A DNA stretch of 64,000 nucleotides, taken from an uncultured Spirochaetota bacterium. Its GTDB lineage: Bacteria; Spirochaetota; Brevinematia; Brevinematales; JAOACQ01. A program made the position numbers and the translations under genes. The stretch lies in NCBI GenBank assembly GCA_963768055.1, contig CAVYGN010000002.1:512001-576000 (forward strand), written 5' to 3'. The notes under the pieces were generated by a model, which saw nothing but the letters and a program-made list of their open reading frames with translations, ran no database searches and was not told where the DNA came from. This document shows, one piece after another, positions 40,196-48,938 of this stretch (the stretch's first letter is position 1; the number at the start of each line of letters is the position of its first letter).

Positions 40196-40794
40196 CCATT
40201 CCCCTCCGGTTTTTTCCGGAGAGTATGTTTGATTTTTTAGATTCTGAACAGGAAAAGGTGGGTGGGGAATCTCATGGCCCTATTTTGCCTTTTTACTGGG
40301 GAATCTGGGTGGCCCCGGACAAAAAGGAGAACAAATCAATATTCGTTGGCTTAAAACCATATTAAATTCGTTAGAAAAAAATGAGGAATTGGCCTTTCAT
40401 TCCTGTATATTAAAAGATAATGAATATTTATTTTTTCCTCTGATTGATTTTTGGGGGGAAGATTTTTTGAATGCAATAAAAGATCTAAAATTAAATCCGG
40501 AATTATTACATTTATATAAATCAGGTAGGTCTTATCATGGTTATTATTATAAACTTCTCAATAAAAATGATTGGGAAAAATTTTTAGGAAAACTTCTTTT
40601 ATTTAATCCTTTCGACTATAAACTTGAGCCATATGTGGATTTTAGATGGGTTGGGTATTCTTTGGAAAATGGTTATAGCGCTTTAAGGTGGAATAATAAT
40701 TCTTCAAGATATATTTCATATCCATTTTTATTTAATTTTAAAAATTTTTAACATTTTAAACTAAATAGTGAGGACATGTTTTTAAACAAACACA

Positions 40795-40861
40795 CCACTG
40801 CGGTCTTTGCATTCTTTGCGCCTTTATCCACACTGTGCACTTTGCGTCTTTGCGGTGATCC
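40795..40861 (-). repeat. Right island boundary: inverted CGCAAAG-rich repeat
   Basis: Reverse complement GGATCACCGCAAAGACGCAAAG...GCGCAAAGAATGCAAAG, 3 nt from the stop of the convergent gene. Confidence 0.75.
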
Positions 40862-40864
40862 TCG

Positions 40865-41803
40865 TCACCCCTTTTTTATCTCATCCTCAAAATAAGGGAT
40901 CGTGTTTTTCAAACCTTCTAAAAGCCGGATTTTCGGCTCCCAGCCTAGTTTTTCCCTGGCAAGGGTTATATCGGGCTTCCTCTTCATAGGGTCGTCGGAG
41001 AGCGATTTCATCCTCACTATTTTAGAGCGTGAATTGGTAAGTTCAAGGATTATTTTTGCCAGCTCGATAATCCTGAATTCCTCGGGGTTTCCAAGGTTTA
41101 CCGGACCGATGAAACCGTCATTGTTCATCATCTTTAAAAATCCGTCGATCAAATCGTCTACATAGCAGAAACTGCGGGTCTGTTCGCCGTCGCCGTAAAT
41201 AGTAAGGTCCTGATTTGTCAGCGCCCGAATAATAAAATTTGAAACCACCCTTCCGTCGTTCAAAAGCATCCTCGGCCCGTAAGTGTTGAATATCCTGACT
41301 ATCCTTATATCGATCTTATTCTGGCGATGATAATCCATGAAGAGGGACTCTGCAATCCTTTTTCCCTCGTCGTAACAGCTTCTGTAGCCGACTGGATTGA
41401 CATGCCCCCAGTAATTTTCCTTCTGCGGATGCTCAAGCGGATCGCCATAAACCTCGCTGGTCGAGGCCTGAAAAATCCTTGCGCATAGCCTCTTGGCCAG
41501 CCCGAGCATATTGTAAGCCCCCATGAAATTAGTTTTTATCGTTTTTATAGGATTTGCCTGGTAATGTACAGGCGATGCAGGGCAGGCAAGGTTAAAAATC
41601 CAGTCTACTTCCACAAGCAAAGGTTCGACTATATCGTGCCTTATAACCTCAAAATTTTTATTATCCATCAGGTGAACTATATTTCTGTTCCTCCCTGTAA
41701 AGAAGTTATCGGCGCATATAACATTATTGCCGGCCTGAAGCAGCTTTTCACATAGAAAACTGCCGAGAAATCCGGCGCCGCCAGTGACAAGAACATTCTT
41801 CAT
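40865..41803 (-). CDS. UDP-glucuronic acid decarboxylase (extended SDR)
   Basis: [46 protein letters not shown]. Confidence 0.93.
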   Translation of the reverse strand: MKNVLVTGGAGFLGSFLCEKLLQAGNNVICADNFFTGRNRNIVHLMDNKNFEVIRHDIVEPLLVEVDWIFNLACPASPVHYQANPIKTIKTNFMGAYNMLGLAKRLCARIFQASTSEVYGDPLEHPQKENYWGHVNPVGYRSCYDEGKRIAESLFMDYHRQNKIDIRIVRIFNTYGPRMLLNDGRVVSNFIIRALTNQDLTIYGDGEQTRSFCYVDDLIDGFLKMMNNDGFIGPVNLGNPEEFRIIELAKIILELTNSRSKIVRMKSLSDDPMKRKPDITLAREKLGWEPKIRLLEGLKNTIPYFEDEIKKG

Positions 41804-41816
41804 TTCACTTCCCTGC

Positions 41817-42476
41817 CTAATTTTTTTCAAACTGAAGGCTAACGGCTACGTCATCAGCGGGATGAGTAAAATTGTAGCCGAAAATAGTCGCTTTTGAATT
41901 TTGCCAGTGAAAATCACTATTTTTACCTTCGATCCAGGTATCTGAAAAATACGAATGCACGCTATTGGTTCCGTTTTCAGTACTGAAGTCGAAACTGTTG
42001 AATATTTCTATATTGCCGCTATAATTTATCCCGTTAGTAAAGTCCATGTTCGTATATATCCTGTATAAAACAGGCATAAAGATATAAGTGTTGTCTCCAT
42101 TATCCTGCGCCTGCCAGTGAATTATATCTATTTTCGAGATGTCGTATAGAGTGATCTTTTTACTATCTTTTACTTTAATATTTCCATTTGTCAGGGTCAG
42201 TTTGAGAGTATTTGTCAGGTATAACATTCCGTTCAACCGGGTTCCGTCCCCAAAAGTAATTGCGGCTTTGATCATCAAAAGATAGGGAGGTTTTTCGACC
42301 GGGGTGAGATCGGTAAATGAAAAGTTTGAAAAAACAGGTTCGCTTACAGCAGGTTCTTCGGGCTCCTGAGGGAGGTCTGCGGAATAAGCCGGTATAAAAG
42401 CAGATAAACTCAGACAAATAAAAAATATAGAGAACAATATTATGAAATTTTTCATCTTTCCCCAGAGTCGATTCAT
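41817..42476 (-). CDS. Hypothetical exported protein
   Basis: Signal peptide; beta-rich; no motif recognised. Confidence 0.6.
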   Translation of the reverse strand: MNRLWGKMKNFIILFSIFFICLSLSAFIPAYSADLPQEPEEPAVSEPVFSNFSFTDLTPVEKPPYLLMIKAAITFGDGTRLNGMLYLTNTLKLTLTNGNIKVKDSKKITLYDISKIDIIHWQAQDNGDNTYIFMPVLYRIYTNMDFTNGINYSGNIEIFNSFDFSTENGTNSVHSYFSDTWIEGKNSDFHWQNSKATIFGYNFTHPADDVAVSLQFEKN

Positions 42477-42736
42477 CGCTAAGCCTTAATCTATCAGACG
42501 ATAAAACTGATAAATTATGACGCAAAAAAAAAAATATTGCAAAAATGGGATTTCTGACGAAGTATATCATCAGTAAAAAGTTCATCCAATGGAATATATT
42601 TGCCGGAATGAATTATTTCATTAGTTTTAAAAAAATATTTTAAAAATATCTTGCAATCGTAGTAATTATATAGTATACTTATTGTAATTACATTCTTATG
42701 AAATTTTGTGATATAAAAGAGCAGCGGAGGAAAAAT

Positions 42737-42994
42737 ATGGGCACTTTAAGCAAATTGAAAACAATGACGGATGCTGAAATTCAGAATTGGCTTCGAAAAG
42801 TAGAAAAGACGGGCGTAAAAACACTAGTTTATTCCCTGCTTGGGACAGATGATGAAGCCAGGGATTGCGTGTTCAGGAACATGTCCGGACATGCAGTAAA
42901 ATCATTGAAAGCGGATCTTGAAAAATACAAAAAAATGAACATTACCGAATCAATGATAAATTTGAATGCCGGAAAATTGGAAAAATTAATTTAG
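42737..42994 (+). CDS. Stand-alone FliG C-terminal (ARM)-like protein
   Basis: DAEIQNWLRKV...LVYSL...VFRNMS...LKADLE resembles FliG ARM_C; GGAGG RBS before ATG 42737. Confidence 0.6.
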   Translation: MGTLSKLKTMTDAEIQNWLRKVEKTGVKTLVYSLLGTDDEARDCVFRNMSGHAVKSLKADLEKYKKMNITESMINLNAGKLEKLI

Positions 42995-43011
42995 CACATT
43001 GTATATACTAT

Positions 43012-43168
43012 ACAGTTACGGTTTTTATGCCCTGGAGTTCAGGGGCTACCTGCGGTCCCTACATCGTATTCGACGGTTAATACGACAAACTCCCAGACAT
43101 TCGATTTCGGCCCCGCCGCAGCCTTTATTAACCTTTATATCGGGTTGGAATTTTAAACTGAAAACTGT
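43012..43168 (+). ncRNA. Candidate structured ncRNA, 6S RNA-like (strand uncertain)
   Basis: Nested pairings ACAGTT/AACTGT, CGGTTT/AAACTG, TGCGG/CCGCA, TCGTATT/AATACGA around an unpaired bubble; upstream TATACT. Confidence 0.4.
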
Positions 43169-43278
43169 CCGTAGATTTTTTTCCCCGAACCCTCCTTCGC
43201 GTGTCTTCGCGGATACCCTTTGTTACCTTGTACCTCACACCTCGGACTTCGCACTTCGTTAAATACTTCCCGGTTTAG

Positions 43279-43305
43279 TTTAATTTTTTTCTAATCATCC
43301 GATAT
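43279..43305 (+). promoter_or_regulatory. Possible sigma28 promoter of flgN operon
   Basis: -10 TCCGATAT; -35 weak. Confidence 0.4.
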
Positions 43306-43344
43306 AAATAAAAGCAGGCCGGAAAATATTTTGGTCCCCGGCGG

Positions 43345-43378
43345 TTAACAAGGATGTTGAAAATAATAACCAAGGAGG
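43345..43378 (+). promoter_or_regulatory. CsrA-binding sites in flgN leader
   Basis: TTAACA-AGGA-TGTTGA hairpin containing ACAAGGATGT, plus CAAGGAGG at the RBS. Confidence 0.65.
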
Positions 43379-43384
43379 GTTAAT

Positions 43385-43897
43385 ATGGGACCGGCAATGG
43401 ACTATCTCAAATCTTTCAAAGAGCTTCTTAAGCTCGAATCGAACTATTTATCGAATCTGGTATCCCAGGAAGAGGATAAGTATGAGGCTTTAAAACAGGT
43501 CGATGTTGTGAGTCTCATGAGGATCAATAACGAGGAGGAAGAGATTCTTCACAAGCTTGATTCAATTGAAAGGAAAAGAAAGGAATTGATCCAGACCCTT
43601 TCAAAAAACTTCAACTTCGACCAGAATTTATCACTTTCTGAAATGTTTAATTATATTTGCGACAGCAACGACATGGTCATAAAAAAAGAATTGATGGAAT
43701 TAAGGACGTTAATTAAAGAAGAGATTGAAAAACTCCGGGTTTCCCTGCAGGAAAATTCTCATATAATACAGGCCAACCTGGAAATTATCAGCCTCACATT
43801 AAATTTCGCAAACAGAAACGCACAAAAGGAAACCTACGACTACAGGAATAGAAAGGAAAGCAGGGAAAGCATTTATTTGATCAATCAGTTGGCATAG
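43385..43897 (+). CDS. flgN: Flagellar export chaperone FlgN
   Basis: Coiled-coil, position before flgK, N...I..L and C-terminal Y..INQLA pattern. Confidence 0.75.
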   Translation: MGPAMDYLKSFKELLKLESNYLSNLVSQEEDKYEALKQVDVVSLMRINNEEEEILHKLDSIERKRKELIQTLSKNFNFDQNLSLSEMFNYICDSNDMVIKKELMELRTLIKEEIEKLRVSLQENSHIIQANLEIISLTLNFANRNAQKETYDYRNRKESRESIYLINQLA

Positions 43898-43906
43898 GAG
43901 TAAAGT

Positions 43907-45808
43907 ATGCTGGGAACATTTTTCGGTATCGAACTCGGGAAAAAAGGCCTTGAAGCTAATAACACCGGTCTTGAGGTAACAGGTCATAATCTGTCTAATG
44001 TTGAAACCGAAGGGTATTCCCGACAGAAAGTCAATCTGACCACTTTTGTACCGATCTATGAGCCTAGCGCTAACCGCGTTGAAACTCCCGGTCAGTATGG
44101 TACCGGAGTTGTAGTTGAAGATATCCAGCGGGTAAGGGACCAGGCCATCGACGACAGGATCAATTTCGAGAAAGGGGGTTTCGGATTCTGGGAAATGAAG
44201 CAGCAATTCCTCCACCTCATGGAAATGGTTCACAATGAACCCAACAAACCGAATATCCGCACCGTTCTTGACGAATACTGGGAAAGCTGGCAGAAAGTGG
44301 CTTCAGATCCGACGGAAAGAGCTTCAAGAGAAGAATTGGTCCAGAGAAGCAAGGTGCTTGCGGAGACTTTCAAACACACTTACCAATCTCTTTCCGACCT
44401 GAGAAAAAACGCTAACGATCTTATAGATCAGAGAATCAATGAGATCAATCATATGGCCTCGGAAATAGCTTCATTGAACGTTCAGATCGTCAAGTCGGAG
44501 ACAATGGGAGACAAGCCGAACGATCTGTACGATAAAAGAGACCTTTTAATTGAAAAATTAGCCAAATCAGTCGATATCAGGGTCGAGAGAAACAATAAGC
44601 ATGAACTTATCGTTTACATCGGGAGCGAAAACCTTGTTCAGGGAGAACTTGCAAATAAAATCCTCGGCGTAGGCAACCCCAATAACGAAGGATACCTTGA
44701 CGCTGTCTGGGATGATGGTAGAAAGGTTAAGCTCGGAATGGGGGAGCTCGCAGGCCTTTTCTCGGCACGCGACGACGATCTGAAAAGCGCAATTCAAAAC
44801 CTTGACTCTCTCGCAGTAAATCTGACCGATGCAACCAATGAAATTCACAGGGATGGTTTCGGGCTGAATCTTACTACAAACAATAATTTTTTCAAGACCC
44901 TGCCTATCACCCCTTTTGCTAACGGCAACTATGATTTTAATAACACCGGGCAGGTCAATGGAACTGCACTGTTTAAAGTAAGCGGAACGGAAAAAATCGA
45001 TACTGAAGCAGTAATTGGCGGTTCCGGAACTCTCAATTTCGGCCCTTCCGCAGTCAACGGACAGGATATTGTTATCAATTATAACGCAAGCGATAAAATC
45101 AAAGATGTAATGGACCGGATCAACCAATCCGATTCAGGGGTTGTTGCCTATATAAACCACAGGGACGAACTATCTTTTAAGGCTAAATACCCTCTTTCAG
45201 ACAATTACCCCGCTTTCACGATCCGTCATATTGAGGACAGCGGAAATTTTCTCGTGGGTATAACCGGGTTATTAGCGTCTTCAGGCGCTCAGGGTGCCTT
45301 CGATTATCGCACTGTCGGAGATATCGTCAAATTTAATGTCCCGTCATTCAATATATCCTTAACACCTGAAAAGCATCCGTCGGCATGGCTTGATCTTGAC
45401 GATAAAATCATAGCCAACCCTGACAGTATAGCGGCCTCATCAGGATTGGATACAACCGGAAGCGGCAAACCGGATAAGATGAACGGCATCAGCGACAACA
45501 GGACAGCCCTCGCCATTGCAGATCTCAGGCAGAAGCCCCTGATGTTCGAGACGCATTCGACTATGGGCGATTTTATAAAAGGAATGATCGGGGACATAGG
45601 AACCCGTTCCGAATCGGCCAAAATTAATATGGACAAAAACGGCGCCGTTGTGGACAGCCTTGTCAACCTCAGACAGGAAATAAGCGGTGTGAACATTGAC
45701 GAGGAAATGACAAAAATGCTCATGTTCCAGCATGGTTACAACGCTTCGGCAAGATTTGTGAGTACAGTTGACAGGATGATTGATACATTGCTTCATATGG
45801 GAGCTTAA
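43907..45808 (+). CDS. flgK: Flagellar hook-associated protein 1
   Basis: GHNLSNVETEGYSRQ, PNDLYDKRD, ISGVNIDEE. Confidence 0.96.
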   Translation: MLGTFFGIELGKKGLEANNTGLEVTGHNLSNVETEGYSRQKVNLTTFVPIYEPSANRVETPGQYGTGVVVEDIQRVRDQAIDDRINFEKGGFGFWEMKQQFLHLMEMVHNEPNKPNIRTVLDEYWESWQKVASDPTERASREELVQRSKVLAETFKHTYQSLSDLRKNANDLIDQRINEINHMASEIASLNVQIVKSETMGDKPNDLYDKRDLLIEKLAKSVDIRVERNNKHELIVYIGSENLVQGELANKILGVGNPNNEGYLDAVWDDGRKVKLGMGELAGLFSARDDDLKSAIQNLDSLAVNLTDATNEIHRDGFGLNLTTNNNFFKTLPITPFANGNYDFNNTGQVNGTALFKVSGTEKIDTEAVIGGSGTLNFGPSAVNGQDIVINYNASDKIKDVMDRINQSDSGVVAYINHRDELSFKAKYPLSDNYPAFTIRHIEDSGNFLVGITGLLASSGAQGAFDYRTVGDIVKFNVPSFNISLTPEKHPSAWLDLDDKIIANPDSIAASSGLDTTGSGKPDKMNGISDNRTALAIADLRQKPLMFETHSTMGDFIKGMIGDIGTRSESAKINMDKNGAVVDSLVNLRQEISGVNIDEEMTKMLMFQHGYNASARFVSTVDRMIDTLLHMGA

Positions 45809-45832
45809 AAAAGGTCTTGGAAGGAGTTAACT

Positions 45833-47083
45833 ATGATCGGAAGAGTTACACAGGGATACATGGTAAGCGATTTCAACGCTAACCTTCATGTGAGGGAGGA
45901 AGAACTTCAGAAATCACAGAACCAGCTGTCAACCGGATACAGGGTAAACCTGCCTGGCGAAGATCCGGTCGCAACTATAAATTATATGGACTTCGACAGC
46001 CGCCTGAAAGAGATAGGAACTTATCAATCGATAATAGGCAGCACCAAGGCCAAGATAAATCTGATCGATTCGTCCCTGGACAGCGTTACCTCGATTATCC
46101 AGAGACTCAGGGAACTTGCCGTTCAGGGCGCTAACGGAATATATACCAAGGAAGAACGTCAGAATATGGCTGTCGAAGTAGATCAGCTCCTCAGGGAAAT
46201 TCTCCAGCAGTCTAATTCAAACTATAAGGACAATGCTCTTTTCGGAGGAACTATGACCGACGAGTCCCCCTTCAAGGCTAAATTCGGGACAGACCCTGAA
46301 ACCGGGGAAGAATTTCTTCAGGAAGTCAGATATATAGGCAACAATCAAACCCAGGAAATTGAAGCGGAAAGGGGGGAAAAGATCGATATCAATCAACCGG
46401 GAAACCAGATATTCTGGTCCGATAATATGCAGATCTATTCAACCGTTTCGGTATCCGGCTATACTGCCGCAAAAGATTCTAAAATATTAATAGACGGAAA
46501 CTCAGTGGAAATTAAAACAGGCGACAATTTGAATATAATAGCCGATAAGATTAACAACTCCGGCTCGGCCGTCAGGGCATCGATCCAGACTAAAGGGGAC
46601 CAGAGTTATTTCGCACTTGAAAGCACATCGCCGCACCAGATTTCTCTTATTGATTCAGACGGAGGAACCGTTCTCCAGGACCTTGGTTTTATCGATCATG
46701 GAATGAATCCACCGAATAATTATTCCCCGGCAGCCAGGGTGTTCACCGGCAGTATTTTCGACGCGATGATCCAGTTCCGAAAATCTCTTCAGGGCGACAA
46801 TATTTTTCAAATAGGCGGTACGGCACTTGGCCAGATAGACAGTTCGCTGGCCAATATACTCAAATTCCGCGCTCATATAGGGGCCGTATCTCAAAGGCTT
46901 GACGCTATCAATGACAGATTCGGAAGCGACGAGGTTTATCTTACAGACGCGAAAGACAAGTCTATCGGGACGGATATTTCCAGCACAATGATGGAAATGA
47001 AAATGCTGGAATTTTCACATGATGTGGCCCTCAACATAGGGGCCAGGATATTACCGCGAACGTTGCTTGACTTTCTGAGGTAG
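45833..47083 (+). CDS. flgL: Flagellar hook-associated protein 3
   Basis: QLSTGYRV...DP, RELAVQGANG, TLLDFLR. Confidence 0.95.
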   Translation: MIGRVTQGYMVSDFNANLHVREEELQKSQNQLSTGYRVNLPGEDPVATINYMDFDSRLKEIGTYQSIIGSTKAKINLIDSSLDSVTSIIQRLRELAVQGANGIYTKEERQNMAVEVDQLLREILQQSNSNYKDNALFGGTMTDESPFKAKFGTDPETGEEFLQEVRYIGNNQTQEIEAERGEKIDINQPGNQIFWSDNMQIYSTVSVSGYTAAKDSKILIDGNSVEIKTGDNLNIIADKINNSGSAVRASIQTKGDQSYFALESTSPHQISLIDSDGGTVLQDLGFIDHGMNPPNNYSPAARVFTGSIFDAMIQFRKSLQGDNIFQIGGTALGQIDSSLANILKFRAHIGAVSQRLDAINDRFGSDEVYLTDAKDKSIGTDISSTMMEMKMLEFSHDVALNIGARILPRTLLDFLR

Positions 47084-47187
47084 AAAATTTAAATGATATG
47101 GGTTAATTTACCTGTTTGTTATCTACAAAATATTTGAAAAATATTGTCAACAGTTATACAGTATATTGGTTAAAAACGGAGGGTGCC

Positions 47188-47670
47188 GTGGAAACTATTA
47201 AAACTAAGGCATATGGAGAGATTCAGGTTGCGGAAGATTCCTCGATTCATTTTAAGCGCGAGATCCTTGGTTTTGAAAATTACAGCTTTTATTATCTTAT
47301 AGAAATGGGCGATCTGCCCAATTTTTACTGGCTTCAATCCAAAGAAGAATCCGAACTTGCTTTTATTGTTGTCAATCCCAGGCTATTCAAGCCGGATTAT
47401 AAGCTGGAAATCGACGACATCGATAAAAACCTTCTGGAAATTGACGAAGGGAATGATTTAATCGATTTTGTAATTGTCAACATACCCGAGGATATTAATA
47501 AAATGACTATGAACCTTCTTGGACCTATTGTGATTAATGTAAATAAAAGGATCGCGATTCAAGGTATTTCCCTGAATAACGACTATGGCACCAAAGTCAG
47601 GATTTTTAATTCTGAAGATGAAAATATATCTCAAACAAATGAAGACAGGGTAAAAGCCGAAAATATTTAA
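47188..47670 (+). CDS. fliW: Flagellar assembly factor FliW
   Basis: ILGFE, WLQS, FIVVNP, MTMNLLGPIVIN; GTG start after GGAGG. Confidence 0.92.
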   Translation: METIKTKAYGEIQVAEDSSIHFKREILGFENYSFYYLIEMGDLPNFYWLQSKEESELAFIVVNPRLFKPDYKLEIDDIDKNLLEIDEGNDLIDFVIVNIPEDINKMTMNLLGPIVINVNKRIAIQGISLNNDYGTKVRIFNSEDENISQTNEDRVKAENI

Positions 47671-47683
47671 AGAGGGGAAAAGA

Positions 47684-47929
47684 GTGCTGGTTTTATCTAG
47701 ACGCGAAGACGAGTCTATAATCATAAATGATGATATTGAAATTAAAGTCATCGGCGTCAAACAGGATCAGGTTAAAATCGGAATCGTAGCCCCTAAAAAT
47801 GTAAAAATATTCAGAAAAGAAATTTATGATGAAATACAGAGCGCTAACATCGCCGCAGCAAATGCTGCCGGAAAGGTCGGCGATTTGAAAGAAGTTCTGT
47901 CTCAAAAAGATAAAAAGGGGGAGGTATGA
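47684..47929 (+). CDS. csrA: Carbon storage regulator
   Basis: MLVLSRR.DESI, VKIGIVAPK..IFRKEIY. Confidence 0.96.
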   Translation: MLVLSRREDESIIINDDIEIKVIGVKQDQVKIGIVAPKNVKIFRKEIYDEIQSANIAAANAAGKVGDLKEVLSQKDKKGEV

Positions 47930-48147
47930 TCAGCAAGGAAAAGCTGGAAATGCTTCAATTTTATAATAAAGGATTGGAATTATACCGTCAGAGAAAGTTT
48001 GGAGAATCCAGGGAGCTTTTTAAAAAATGCCTGGAAATCCTGCCGGGTGACGGACCGTCGCGGATTTATGTCGAGAGGTGCGATGCTTTTATAAAAACCC
48101 CCCCTCCGCCGGACTGGGACGGCGTGTTCGTTATGACTACAAAATAA
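47926..48147 (+). CDS. Small TPR-like protein
   Basis: KGLELY...F...DGPSRIYVERC...PPPDWDGV, like the TPR tail of class III cyclases; ATGA overlap with csrA. Confidence 0.7.
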   Translation: MISKEKLEMLQFYNKGLELYRQRKFGESRELFKKCLEILPGDGPSRIYVERCDAFIKTPPPPDWDGVFVMTTK

Positions 48148-48159
48148 GGAGGAATCGTT

Positions 48160-48510
48160 ATGCCTCAAAGTATAGATCCGTACAGGGACTATCCGACAAC
48201 GACTACCTTAAGCAACACTTCTCTATTTAACGGAGTGATCCATTTTAAAAATTCACTCAGGATTGACGGAGATTATACGGGAAAAGTCGATGCAGAAGGT
48301 CTCCTTGTCCTTGGCCCGCAATCAAAACTGAAAGGGGATGTCGTCTGTGATGAAGTAATTATCGGGGGAGAAGTCAGGGGGAATGTAATTGCTAGAAAAC
48401 GGCTGGAACTCCTGGAATCTGCTAAACTTTACGGCGATATTAAAACGGCTAAATTAAAAATAGCCGACGGAGTTGTTTTTGAAGGTCAGTGTGAAATGAT
48501 CCAAAAATAA
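48160..48510 (+). CDS. Bactofilin (polymer-forming cytoskeletal protein)
   Basis: LRIDG..G, IGGEVRGNV, LYGDI, IADGVVFEGQC. Confidence 0.9.
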   Translation: MPQSIDPYRDYPTTTTLSNTSLFNGVIHFKNSLRIDGDYTGKVDAEGLLVLGPQSKLKGDVVCDEVIIGGEVRGNVIARKRLELLESAKLYGDIKTAKLKIADGVVFEGQCEMIQK

Positions 48511-48602
48511 CTCATCAGATTTGACAGAATCAATCTTTAAAAGTACAATAAAAACCCTATATAGCTTTTATTAAATTGAGACTTGCCTTATGGAGGTATG
48601 CT

Positions 48603-48938
48603 ATGGTTAATGTTGAAAAAAAGGGCGATGTTGTCGTTTTAAAGGTATCGGGAAGGCTTGAAATAAATCAGGCTCTGGAATTGGAAGAAATTATCAATTC
48701 ACAGATCAATAACGGCAGTATATACTTCGTTTTCGATCTCGGGGATGTTCATTACCTGTCAAGCAGCGGTATCCGGGTTTGCATAGCAACTCTAAGGCAG
48801 CTTAAAGACCTTAAAGGACGGATGATCCTTTCAAATTTAAGCTCTAATGTAATTAAAACCCTTAAAATTGTCGAACTTGACGGTCTCTTCGAAATAATAA
48901 ATTCTGTTGATGAAGCGGTCAATTTAGTAACAAGGTAA
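48603..48938 (+). CDS. STAS-domain anti-sigma factor antagonist
   Basis: VSGRL, DLGDVHYLSSSGIR. Confidence 0.9.
   Translation: MVNVEKKGDVVVLKVSGRLEINQALELEEIINSQINNGSIYFVFDLGDVHYLSSSGIRVCIATLRQLKDLKGRMILSNLSSNVIKTLKIVELDGLFEIINSVDEAVNLVTR

Larger units (their letters stand above)
37789..40321 (-). mobile_element. IS21-family insertion sequence, 2533 bp
   Basis: TG...CA ends, imperfect IRs TGTC...AGATTCCCCAG, perfect inner 20-bp IR GGGCCATGAGATTCCCCACC, 6-bp DR AAAAGG (37783-37788, 40322-40327), istA-istB. Confidence 0.96.
37646..40751 (+). pseudogene. AEP/primase-like protein (188 aa reconstructed) split by IS21; segments 37646-37788 and 40328-40751
   Basis: Removing the IS and one AAAAGG copy fuses ...IFNLKG-EQINIRW... 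in frame; motifs PLIDF, SGRSYHGY, VDFRW. Confidence 0.8.

Noticed and set aside
40807..40989. 60-aa ORF
   Set aside because: Translation of the boundary repeat plus antisense of the decarboxylase gene.
42999..43262. 87-aa ORF
   Set aside because: TTG start without RBS, atypical composition, overlaps structured and repeat DNA.
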